A stretch of DNA of 64,000 nt from Podarcis filfolensis. Its lineage: Eukaryota. The stretch lies in the NCBI GenBank assembly GCA_964270895.1, contig OZ185440.1; one strand, written 5' to 3'. Positions 24,651 to 36,375 of this stretch are shown here, in pieces. Each line of letters starts with the position of its first letter. Positions within the stretch are counted from its first letter, which is position 1. A program made the position numbers and the translations under genes. The notes under the pieces were generated by a model that searched no databases, had not been told where the DNA came from, and saw only the letters and a list, made by a program, of their open reading frames with translations.

Positions 24651-25453
24651 TTCATGCATGCACCCCAAAGCACTTCTCTGGGAAACGCAGTGAAGTGCCA
24701 CATGAGACAATAGGAGAGCATAATAAAAAAAAATTGTTTTTATTTTTAGGGGAAATCCTTGGCCTAACAGGATCATCCCTGAGGTGTCATGAGCCAGAAT
24801 TCGGGAGCTTGAAACGGAACTAGTGCTCCGTCCTGGAAACTGAACAGCGGGGCATGCACAGCAAGCCAACAGTCAGACAAGAAGAAGAGGACTTAGCACA
24901 CCTGCAAAATGTGCTCTCTCTCTCTCTCTCTCCCCCCCCCCCTTCAATGAATAAGCACTGTCAGCTAGTGTAATCTGACATTACAGACTAGTGCATATGT
25001 GCATTCCCAACTAGGCTTGAACCTAGCACCTATGTTTCTTTTTATTTCCAGAAAGTAAGCATTGCCATGATTGTATGCCACAAAATTATGTTCTCTTTCA
25101 GTTTACTTGTTTATTCAGTTTCATAGGCAGTATCAACTGTCAATTTGTGAGCAGTAACTGCTGCAGTAACTAACAGCCTCTTATGCCCAGATTTTCTGGC
25201 TCTTCATCGAAAGCTGCTGGCATTTCCTAGGAAGCAAAATGTGTGAGACACCCCAAGGTTTGTGAACAAGTTAAAAAGTAGAGGTCCCACTACTGTCTTA
25301 GAAGAGGTAAAGCTCTGAATAGGACCAAAACTTTTTTTCCAGATACAGTCCGGAATTATTTATAGTGTATTTATACTGTATTAGCAATCTTACTGAATGG
25401 CTAAAAATACCACTATCTCAACTTGCCTGGAATAGCACAAATGTTATTAAACT

Positions 25454-25455
25454 TT

Positions 25456-25497
<42 letters not shown>
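25454..25497. repeat. (TTTC)11 microsatellite
   Basis: Read directly from the sequence. Confidence 0.95.
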
Positions 25498-25499
<2 letters not shown>

Positions 25500-25705
25500 G
25501 TCTACAATGTCTCTCCCTCTCCCAATCATGAAAGTGTTCTGCTAAATTTGTACAGCTAAATGTGAAACAATTAGGAAAGTCTGCCATCTTCTGGAAGAAA
25601 AAAGGATTCCCAAATTGGTAATTTCCAGAATACAGTAGTAGCATGTTGCAGCAAAAACAACAGTATTGTGGCACTATCAGTGTGGGTCCACGGGGGTAGG
25701 GGAGG

Positions 25706-25731
25706 GTGTGTGTGTGTGTGTGTGTGTGTGT
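25706..25731. repeat. (GT)13 microsatellite
   Basis: Read directly from the sequence. Confidence 0.95.
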
Positions 25732-27114
25732 TTGTTTGTTTAATTAATTTCTATCCTGCTCTTTCTTCCAGAGGAGCCCACACCAAAGCAGTAAAACAAT
25801 ACAATTAGGACTGTGTGACTTGTTATTATTTCTATTATATAAAAAGTCTGAAATGTGTTACTGATGTCTCTGGCCTGCTTTTTGTCTCTTTTTCAAATTT
25901 CATACCTGTTTTCTGTGATAATTTTGTTCTGTGCTTGCTTTTGAATTTTAATATATAACAGAGTGGCTAATTAAAGACAAACAAAAATCATTCGGCCTCC
26001 CAATTAGGAAGATGTGACAGAACAGGACATGCTGATTAGCTCCCTCCCTCCATCAAATTAGCATCTCATTTGCATGTATAAGGTCACAGGTCCAGGTAGG
26101 ACTGTTTGAAGCCCCTGTCAGCTGTTGTCAGACAGTGTAGTGCTGAGTTAAGTGGACCAGTGGTCTGACTCAGTATAAGACAACTCCCCATGTTCCATTA
26201 CCCTTCATGTGTTGGAAGGGTAACTTCTGCACTGGGGAGGCTAGTCTACTGCTGTATGATTTAGAATCCTAATAACCCAATGAATACAGCAGGCTCCCCA
26301 TTACATAAGTTGCCCCTCCAATGTATAGAGAGCAAAATAAGTACAATGAGGGTGGTAATAAGCAAATTCCCTGTTCAGGAAGTCTGTCTCTAGTTTCGGA
26401 TGTCATGTATCTGATCCTGCAAGGAAAAATCAGTCATGAATATCCATCCAGCAGTATGTGGTGTAGGATCAAACTACATGTCTAGAAAAATGAGTCACGT
26501 GAAGCCCTGATCCAGATCAGAACCATGCTGCAGAGCCAAGAGGTGGGCCTACTCTTACCTCCACTTACTGTTCTCCCACTAAAAGTTGTTGCTAACACCC
26601 AAAGGTGCTTTGCCAAAAAGAAAAGAAAACCAACACACCAAAAAAAGCAGTCACTGGGGAAAGGCATGGGGCAGCAGGAAAACAGCATTTGGAGGAAAGG
26701 GTGAAATCTCCATTATCTGAATCCTAAATGGGATCCACACGGTTTGTTTTTTTAAAAAAGTGGTCTGAGAATATTGTTTCTAAATGCACACTTAGTATGC
26801 AGGTTAGGCCCTTAGCGGTTCACCAACAATGGCAACTGCACTCCCCATTACCTTCTCTCCCGCATGGTGATAGTGTATCATACTGGGCTAGAGTAATAGT
26901 TTCCCCTGCAACACCTGAAAGATTCATTTATTTAAAACAACAGCAATAACAGTAATAATAATACAGTAGTCGTGGCTTTTTCCATGTCTCTGCATGCAAT
27001 CTGACCAGCCCGGAAACTGATGCTGCTTTTTTTTGCAAAATCTCCCCCCAAATTAAGTTTTTTACCTATTTTTAGGAAAATCGCAAAAAATAATAATAAT
27101 CAACACTTCTTATT

Positions 27115-27222
27115 TGGGCTGCCATACGCCCATGGATTTACCGGACATGTTAGTCGCTTTTCCAAAACTCCGCTCGACGATTACCGGTTATGTCCGGGAA
27201 ATTCAGGGCGTATGGCAGTCCA
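27115..27222. mobile_element. 108-bp fold-back element (MITE-like)
   Basis: 17-bp TIR tgggctgccatacgccc with 1 mismatch, plus an inner inverted repeat ccggacat/atgtccgg. No TSD seen. Confidence 0.7.
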
Positions 27223-27229
27223 ACGACGG

Positions 27230-27720
27230 CAAGAAAAGAACAGCCTTTTTTCTTTCTTTTTCTTTTGCAGCGTTCGGGCGGAGTTATCCAGAGGGCAGGA
27301 GTCGACATCGCGCAGCTTGATTGTGAATTACTGTTGCCTAGCAACGGAGGCCGAGCCGAATCCATCCGCCGCGCTTCTTCCTATTTAAAAGATGGTTCCC
27401 GAAGCCTGCGGCTTGGCGTCCACTATAGTGACGTCATCGAGGCGCGCCAGATGCGAAGGAGGAAGGAGACGTGTGGGCCTGAGGAGCCGAGCCGGGATTC
27501 TCTCCCCTCACGGGGAGGGTGCGGCGGTGAGTTTGGACGGGGGAGGAGGCCCCGAGGGCAGAAATGCTGCGCGGCCCGCCCCCTTCCATGTGCTGCTGAG
27601 CGGAGCTCCTGAGCCCCCGCTCCCTCCGAGGGCTTCCGCGGGCCCAGGGGAAGAGGTCCATGAAGCCCTGGGGAAGAAGGGAGAAGGAGAGCTTCCCTTT
27701 TCGCTGAGCCACAGCTCCCT
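27230..27720 (+). promoter_or_regulatory. KLHL12: KLHL12 CpG-island promoter and first exon
   Basis: X-box GTTGCCTAGCAAC at 27333-27345, TATTTAAA at 27382-27389, CRE TGACGTCA at 27429-27436, donor GCG/GTGAGT after 27526. Confidence 0.8.
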
Positions 27721-29350
27721 TCCCAGCCGCTGCTGCTGAATAGCCAAATCTATAGGTACCAGTATTTCAAAATAGAGGTCTTGCCCTGCTGTGGGTTTTG
27801 GCGACCGCACCGGGAATAGTACCAAATTTGGTACCTAAACCCTATCCTAAGCGCTGATGGTTGTGGTTGGTCAGGAGTGGGATTCCTTTTCAGTCGGAGG
27901 GCCATATTTATTGCCTTCTGGGCAACCTTCTGGGAGCCGCATGCCTGTGGTGGGTGGGGCCAAAGGGGGCAAAGTAGCAAATTTAAATTTTGCCTTTGTA
28001 CTCTTAGGCTAGTTTATACACACACTCACACGGCTCTCTAACCTCCACCCGGAAAAGCATGAGGCATGATCAGAGGTCAGGGGTGAGTTCCAACTAGGAT
28101 AAATACTTGGGCGTGAAGCAGGGGAATTGGCAGTTGTGGCATGGCGAGGCACCTGAAGGTCCAACAGGGAGCCCTGGGGAACTGCATTTGGCCTCTGGGC
28201 TGAGATTCCCCAATTATGTGCTAGGTAATGGGACCCATTGCTTGAGCTGAGGTCTATGTATCTCATTTAGGAATGCCCAATAATTGCAATGTTATGAGGG
28301 AAGTTCTGTAGGTTTGTTGGAGAATTCAGCTCCAAGAGAATATTATTCCCACACAGGAATGGTCAATGAATCTCTTCAGTTAACAACTGTTTGTGGTAGG
28401 GAGCAGAATTAGCTCTGAAATGGATGTTCTCTGCTCACATTATTTGCAAATGTGTTTGTCTTTGAACCATTACTTCAGTTGCAGCAACTAAACACCAAGT
28501 AAAACTTGTGTGTACAGTAAGTTACGTGTCATTACATTGATAAGCTAGGGGTGGCTAGGAGGTATAGCCTTAACATCCTTTGAAACAAGAAAGATTAGGC
28601 TATTATTCTGAGTTGTGCACCCTTGTTTTGAAGTGAGTTCCATCAAATTCAGTGGTACTTGCTTCTAAGTAATTACTACAGCAGATAATGATTTTTGAGT
28701 ATCTGCTGTAGTAAGTTCTTGAAGGTTTATTAACATACATTTATACACCTTATAAAACAAAGGCAGAGACTTTCATTGTAGAAGTCTTGTTCTATTGATC
28801 TGCATTAGGAAATATTCATATATTTGTCTCTTTTTAAACTTTCAAATAAAATTGAAGTAATTGACATGGGGGAAAGTTAAATAGGTGGCAATATATGGTT
28901 TAACTTTGGCCACACTGTTGTGCTTTCCTGGACAGGTGGTGCTCCACCATTGTCCTTGCACTAAATCTTGTCTTTGTCTTTATTAGTCTGTAGTTCTGAG
29001 ATACTTTGATGTTCTACAATTTGCCTAGCACACATCTCACTGTAAATAAATGTGTACTGTTCTGAGATTTTATTGTATTAAAACATAGAATTTCTATGTT
29101 TTATGATATGCTTGTGCTTCTGTTAGGTAGGGATGGTGGTCATCTGAATGTAGTTGAGTAGCGCAATTAGAAGTGAATCAAGGTAGACAACAGGCCCATG
29201 GGATAGAAGAGAGAACCGGCAGAAACCAAGATCCTCATTCTCCACCTCTTTCAAGCTTCATGCCATTAGTGAAGCAGACTCTTCTCTTAACAGGTTACTC
29301 AAACTCTGAACCTACCTTCTCAACGCTATTGTTGACTGGAGAAATACACT

Positions 29351-29533
29351 ATGGCTCCTAAAGATATAATGACTAATTCTCATGCCAAGTCCATTCTCAA
29401 TGCAATGAACTCTCTACGAAAAAGTAACACACTTTGTGATGTGACCCTTCGTGTGGAGCAGAAAGACTTTCCAGCCCATCGTATTGTGTTAGCTGCTTGC
29501 AGTGACTACTTCTGTGCTATGTTCACCAGTGAG
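29351..29533 (+). CDS. KLHL12: KLHL12 first coding exon (MAPKDIM..., BTB domain start)
   Basis: 183 nt, strong Kozak actATGg, in-frame TGA at 29333-29335 upstream, donor GAG/GTAGG. Probable acceptor at 29293. Confidence 0.96.
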
Positions 29534-30857
29534 GTAGGCAAGATGCAGAGTACACACATTTTTCTTTTTATTCATGCAAATAAGAAAGTAGCTTGTAATA
29601 CAACTTAAAAGTGCAAAAATGTCATTAAGGTTGCAATTCTGTATGCATTTATAGCTTGCTCTTCACCAAGCAGCCCTAATGCACATTATGCACAAAGCCA
29701 TGTAATGCTTTTCACTTACTCAGCAATTAAATCCATCTTAAATTGCAATTAAGGTCAACAACAGCACTGCAGTAGGGAACATCAGGTCTTATTCTGTACC
29801 CCTAAAGATCTAGACACTTGCCATCAAAAATCATACTAAGACAAGGCCATTTGCCCCTTGGAATGGGGGGCATTCCACATCCTGGGGGCCACCACAGAAT
29901 TGGCCCTCTCCCGCACTGCCACAAGAATCATATGGTGGCAGTCTTGTTAGCAGATCTCAACATTCCAGTACAGTATAAGAAAAGTTAAATTGTAGGCTTC
30001 CTAATGTTTCAACTTTATATACAATTTAGCTTTCTTGGCTATCTAGGCTTTAAAAAATGTTATCTCTGTTGCAAATCCACACTTTTAAATTGTTACTAAG
30101 CTGGCTGGCAAATGTGTTTTGTCTTCTGGTCTACCAGGAAGGAAGCTTTACAAATGTTGGTGGTTCTTTTTTAATTTGGCTGCAAGTGACCCATGTAAGT
30201 ACATAATGGGTAAACAAGCCATGCAGAATTTTTGTAGGGTAGAAAGGCATTACTATGTTCTCCTCTCAACCCTGAACTCAGTGTAATAAGGACATTGCTG
30301 TAATTTATATGTAGAGGTGCATGTTAATTACTTTTGGTGAATTAATTTGCCTGCCCCTTGACAGCATATATTTAAAGCATGTTATTAAAGTCTGTTTCTC
30401 TGATATTTAAAATAACACTTTTCAAAGTCAAAACAAAATAAATAAATAAAAATTCCTTCCAGTAGCACCTTGGAGACCAGCTAAGTTTGTTATTGGTACG
30501 AGCTTTCGTGTGCATGCACACTTCTTCAGATACATGCACACGAAAGCTCGTACCAATAACAAACTTAGTTGGTGTCCAAGGTGCTACTGGAAGGAATTTT
30601 TATTTATTTATTTTGTTTCAACTACAGCAGACCAACACGGCTACCTACCTGTAACTAGAACTTTTCAAAGTATTATCCTTGCACCAAAATGTCTGTAGGG
30701 TATTTGTTATATGTTCCATTTGCTGAAATATTCATGTGAGATTATTAATGCTTTATATCTCTTCCCCATTGTCCACACTGTAGTTTTCCAGGTTATGTTT
30801 TGGAACCCTGTAAAACCCAGGGAATAAAAAAGTACTTCCCTTGTTTATAATTCACAG

Positions 30858-31011
30858 CTTTCAGAGAAGGATAAACCCTATGTGGATATTCAAGGACTAA
30901 CAGCATCAACTATGGAAATATTGCTGGACTTCGTATACACAGAGACCGTTCATGTGACAGTGGAGAATGTTCAGGAGTTGCTTCCAGCAGCCTGTTTGCT
31001 TCAGCTGAAAG
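30858..31011 (+). CDS. KLHL12: KLHL12 coding exon 2 ([14 protein letters not shown]...LLQLK)
   Basis: 154 nt, AG/GT, phase 0-1. Confidence 0.97.
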
Positions 31012-32451
31012 GTAATGACAAAAACATACAGTGTAGATCAGGAGCGAAGAGCTTTTAAGAATCCTTGATCTGTATTGCCGATTTTTTAAGAGATTTACAA
31101 AATGGTGAACACAATAAGAAAGCAAATATATTTAGACTAATAAACAAATATAAAACCAGCAGCTTCTAATACAACATGAGCCTAACCTTGTCTAAAAGCC
31201 CACATGAACAAAAGCATTGTAGCTTGAGTGAACCTATTCAGTTGAGTGTGTCAACCACTCGGGTAATATGATTGAAAATGCCACATTGCAGATACCAAGT
31301 GGGTGATACTTTAGTGGGTTGGGGTCTGAAGAAATATCTTGAACCATGCTCTCAACGGGCAGGAGGTTCTCCAAGGATTCACCAGAAGTGTAGCTTGATT
31401 AATAAGGAAAGCCAAGAACAATATAAAAGTCAAGGAGGGTTCCTTTTTAAAAGTAGAAATTTTCCCATAATGAATAAAAGGATCACAAACATCTCTGGTT
31501 GTTCTTATTAAAGCACAGTAAAACATGCTTCATCAGGTGATGTTGGTGGTGATGTGGTATTTCGGTGGTTTCATGCCTCGTGCATTGATTTTGTAATTGG
31601 ACAGCAAATAGGAACTGTTCTCTGGTGCCACACTTTTTATATAGAAACTGAAATTTATCAACTGCCTATCATAATGCATTCAGAGGCAACGTACAGAAAA
31701 TTATACAACCAGCACTACATATAAAATCATTATTAAAACCCACATTACACCATAGTAAAAGGTATATACTTTTGCAAATTTTCATACAGGGACTCTTTAG
31801 TGAGAGAGTCTCCCCATTTTAAGATTGTTAAACTTGAAATTACATGCATACTAGGAACTTCATCCCAGCTAGCACTGCTCGCCAGCCCCACTGCTCCTTA
31901 CCAACCACCCTCCTTTTAAGCCTGGCCGAACCCCCTTCCCTTTTATGTAGCAGTTTGCATGGCTGGCCATTGACCACACAGGCTTTAGCTTGATGACATC
32001 CTTACAATTTTGTTATATACTAAGATATTGAACATTCAGATATCTGAGTTCTGGGGAAAATGCAATCCTGAGAACAAATGAAAAATAAAATTGTAAAACT
32101 GCTGTTGATTAGTAGTTTGGGAGCATTTTCTGGGTAGTAAGATATTTATGTATTTGTGAAAGGGTAGAGATTGTTTTTGTAATATGGATTAAAATACAAT
32201 AGTTAATTAAGAATGTATTTTACTGATGTCACACCATTTTTAAAATTTATTACCACCAAAAAGAATCCCAATACTAACTACCAAGGAAAATGGCAGGCTG
32301 GTTAAGATAAAAAAAATGTCTTTTTATTTACCAGATTTAGTTTTTGTTAGGAAAATGGATGGATTTGTTAAGCACAGTTTCCCCCCCTCTTAAACACTTT
32401 TCAGAACAGTGACTTAGCCCTCTGAAGTGCAAATCATGTCATTTCTCACAG

Positions 32452-32669
32452 GAGTGAAGCAGGCTTGCTGTGAGTTCCTGGAAAGCCAGCTGGATCCTTC
32501 CAACTGTTTGGGGATTCGAGATTTTGCTGAAACGCACAATTGCGTTGACTTAATGCAGGCAGCCGAAGTTTTTAGCCAGAAGCACTTCCCAGATGTAGTT
32601 CAACATGAAGAATTTATTCTCCTAAATCTAGAAGAAGTGGAAAAGCTAATAAAATGTGATGAGATTCAG
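32452..32669 (+). CDS. KLHL12: KLHL12 coding exon 3 ([13 protein letters not shown]...CDEIQ; BACK domain)
   Basis: 218 nt, phase 1-0. Confidence 0.97.
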
Positions 32670-33699
32670 GTAAAATATTCCTTCTTGTTGTCCAAAGCAA
32701 TGCTATTAAGTTCTAGTGTTTGATACAGGAACCAAACACAACCTAGGAATTAACCGGTAAAATACTGTGGAGCTGGCCGATGGAATTCATACTTTGGAGG
32801 TTAGCAATTTACAATCCATGAGCGCTTGTAAGATCTTACTAGAATTCTGAGAATCCTAGTTTTCATTTCAATATAAAAGCAAGTTGGTAGCCAACTTGCT
32901 ACCAACAGTTACCAAGATCTGTTTACAGTTACCAAGATCTGTTTAAAGAAGCAATGGCAAAAGAGAGAATGTGAACAAAAAGGGATTAGAATGGATGCAA
33001 GGCTAAAATTCAGAAAGGGGGGCAGGGTGTAGGAGGATGTACAAGATGGAAGTCTGGAATAATCAATACAGATTTACAAGGAAAGTCCCTGGAAGACCTA
33101 GAGAAGAGCTCTGCACTCAAGAGGAGCCCTTACTTGCTTCTCCAGGAATGCTCCCTGTGACACAATGTGGAGGTGTCTCCACAAGTACAGGAGGTTTCCT
33201 GTTGCAAACAGTAGCCCTTGAACTCTCAGAGGAACATGGGAGTGACCAGAGCTCATGCCCTTGTGCCCCTTTTCCCACCATGTATGTGTGTTAAACCAAG
33301 ATTCTGAATGTCCAAACAAGGCTTTTGAGGCACAGGGTGTGGTTTTTTTTAACAGTTGGTCCATGCTCTTAAAGAGTTACAAATCAATACTTAATTTTGT
33401 GCTACAAAATCATTGGCAGTAAATGAATGAAGCCGTTGAAGAATGTTAAAGTGAGAAGTGCAGTCTTGCTAGTTACTCTGAAAGATTTTGTAAGGCAGGT
33501 ACTCTGAAAGCATTTTGTAAGGCACCACCCAGATCTTAAGCACATTTGTGCTTGTAAATATGATCACCCTTTTATCAGTGGGAAAGAGCCTTCTTTGCAC
33601 TACACTCATGCTAACCCTATGTTGTTAAATATATGTTTGCCTAGGTTAACATTATGGGAGATATTTGCTTTATGAACAAAACCTGATTGTCTCGTAAAA

Positions 33700-34155
33700 G
33701 AGCAAACCCAAACAAAGTTGTGTTGGGTGTGTGTGTTATTGTTTTTTACTTTGATATGGATTTTTTTGTTTTTATGTTGTAAACCGCCATGAGATCCTCA
33801 GACAGAGGATTAGTATAGAAATTTAATAAAAATAAAAGAGACTGCACTTTCTTCAGAGAAAATGCTTTTTAAAAGAAAAAAATCTTGCATGGTAATGGTG
33901 AGGAATGTGTGCTGGTCTTGGGCTAGGGTACTGTTTAGGGAGGGTTGCGGGGGGGTTGTTGCTGTTAACTGATTCTATCCTTATTTTTAAATCTTGCTGT
34001 GATTTATGTGGAAATTGTTCAATTTGGTTGTGTACTTTTTGATGTGTTTATTGTTTTTGACTGCTATGGTTTATATTTGTAACTATGTAATTTGTTTCAT
34101 GCTGTAAGCCGCCTTGAGCATGGTTTTAGCTATGGAAAGGCGGCATACAAATAAA
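33700..34155 (+). mobile_element. Two L2 LINE 3' tails
   Basis: gtaaaccgccatgag...aataaaa and gtaagccgccttgag...gaaaggcggcatacaaataaaa. Confidence 0.55.
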
Positions 34156-34422
34156 AGGATGCATATCACATCATTGACATTGCACATTATACGCTTGTCA
34201 CAGTTACACGACAAAGTTACACATTTCCCCCTCTAGAGAGCTGCCTGTGCTTGCTTTGCAAGGTGGATCTTCCTTTCCAACCACCATAATTTTCTGTGCA
34301 AATGCAGCTTCCCCACACCAGAAGTACAATCTATGCTGCACCCCCCTTAAAGTAATCCCTCCTCCCATGTCGTAGCCATCTATTTTTCAAAAGACTGATT
34401 AATTCCATGCCTTTTCTTATAG

Positions 34423-34572
34423 GTGGATTCTGAAGAGCCTGTCTTTGAGGCTGTTATCAATTGGGTAAAGCATTCAAAGAAGGAACGGGAAGCATCCCTG
34501 CCAGAGCTTCTGCAGTATGTGCGCATGCCACTACTCACCCCACGCTACATTACCGATGTCATAGACACTGAG
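34423..34572 (+). CDS. KLHL12: KLHL12 coding exon 4 ([14 protein letters not shown]...DVIDTE)
   Basis: 150 nt, phase 0-0. Confidence 0.97.
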
Positions 34573-35846
34573 GTAGGGCCAGTTGCCCTATTAAGCAGCT
34601 CATGGAATAAGTCCTGCAGAACAACTGCTGTATTTAGGAAAACCTCACTCGTAATAGTAACTTTGTAATGTGTTCTAGCTGATCCTTTGCATATATACAT
34701 GTTAGAATTTGGGAACAAAAATTAGTACCCCTGCAATTCCCCCTTAAGAGAAACCCTAACCCCAAACCCATCTACTTTACTGTGTAAGAACTTGAAAAAT
34801 TATCTAAAGCTAGTCAGCTGAACATGCCTCTCAGCAGTGAAATGAATGACCTAACTTAATTGCTCCTCATTTCCCCGCCTTCCTTCAGTAACATGTATTA
34901 ATACTGGAGGTAGCCACGAGTTCTGTGATGCCTAACCATAGAAATGAGAAAGACAATCCAATTCTGGTGTAGCCTTTGTGCAGAAAAAGGGGGAAAACTC
35001 TGGTCTGTACGTCATTAGTTGTGTATTTTTAATTTCCCCATCCATGTAAAAAAAACCCATCCCATAATTTTCACTTATTTAGCCACAGGCCTTAGCTATT
35101 CAGATGACTTAATATAACAAAATAACATCAGTTCTAATAAATGTAATACAGCTAATTTGCAATCTACTACACAAGTCAAGGTTCCTTGGACAAATATTTG
35201 CAGCTGCCATAGAAGAGTTAGGCTGCTTTCAGAGTAGCCTTCTTTTTAGTATTAGCAAGTAGGTAAACAAGATTTTTGCAATTTTGGCCAATGGGTTCTT
35301 CCCTCCAATAACTGAGGAAGGAATTTCTGTGCTGTATCCTTGAAAATTAGGACAATAGAAGGAAGCTCACAGAAGGCTACCTGCCACCCTACCCCAGGCA
35401 GTCCTTTGCATTGCCTCAAAAAGGGGACCTTCCTGAGTGGTGTGGGATAAGGCACAGGGCTTTGCTAAAGGAAGAGAGATTTGGCCAAAATCAAATTCAC
35501 AAATCAGTATCCTTTGTATATAATTTTACATTCAAACCAATTAAGTTAATGCAAAGGTCTTCTGGAACCAGTGTTTTAAGTTTTAATCCTGGAAACTGTA
35601 TTTGTATAAAGATTTCTGTTTTATGTTCCACCAGCTTGATTTTTCCATATCTTTTATATTACAGTACTTGAATTAATGTAACTGGACTAATTTTAGATTA
35701 ATTTCATTAAATATTAGGGTTTTTTGCAGTGGGTCATAATGTGCAAGTATTTCCATTCTTCTACTAGCTATAGGGTATTTTGAAGAATTGTAAAAGTGTA
35801 TAAAGAATTGGATAAAGTGAAAATAATGCCTGTATGTCTTCTGCAG

Positions 35847-35961
35847 CCTTTTATTCGATGTAGTTTGCAATGCAGAGACCTTGTAGATGAAGCAAAGAAG
35901 TTTCATCTAAGACCTGAACTTCGGAGTCAGATGCAAGGTCCCAGAACCAGAGCACGTTTGG
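35847..35961 (+). CDS. KLHL12: KLHL12 coding exon 5 ([24 protein letters not shown]...RARL)
   Basis: 115 nt, phase 0-1. Confidence 0.97.
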
Positions 35962-36064
35962 GTAAGCATCAGAGAAGTGCATATCAAAATAGCTAGGAAA
36001 GAGTATGGTTTAATGTCTTCTGCCAATTGGCAGGCTCAGAATGAAGCAATGCTTCAAGTTTATA

Positions 36065-36375
36065 AGGAGCCTGTTCTCTAGTGTACCTGAACTTTGGAAC
36101 TCCCTGCCTGTTGACATTACACAGGTACTGTCACTGTAATCCTTTAGATGCCTGTTGAAAACTTTTGTTTCAGTGGGCCTATCCAGACATATAATTTTGA
36201 TATGTAATCTGTTCTTAATTTGTTATGCTTTTATTGCTTTTAGATGTTTTAACCATTCTTGAAATATTTTAAATATGTGTTATTTTATGTTTAATAATGT
36301 TTTTATTACGGAAATGTTTGCCGCCCAGGACCTTTTGGGAGGAAGGGCAGGATATGATTTTTAAAAGTAAATAAA
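36065..36375 (+). mobile_element. L2 LINE 3' end
   Basis: ctttggaactccctgcc...ttgccgcccagga...gaagggcaggatat...aaataaa. Confidence 0.6.

Noticed and set aside
24166-24869. Multiple 75-192 aa ORFs in the orphan island
   Set aside because: Low-complexity Pro/Arg/Gly/Ala products with no recognisable family, as expected from GC content.
24180-25306. Spliced plus-strand ORF joining the donor near 24312 to an exon-like block at about 25191-25306 (...AVEELSVGTEK-DFLALHRKLLAFPRKQNV)
   Set aside because: No in-frame ATG before an upstream stop. The nearby ATG gives only MTSSQLSRS-stop.
27392-29335. Strong-context ATG at 27392 as an N-terminal extension of KLHL12
   Set aside because: After splicing it is in frame but ends at TGA 29333-29335, and it lies immediately after the TATA-like box, probably upstream of the TSS.
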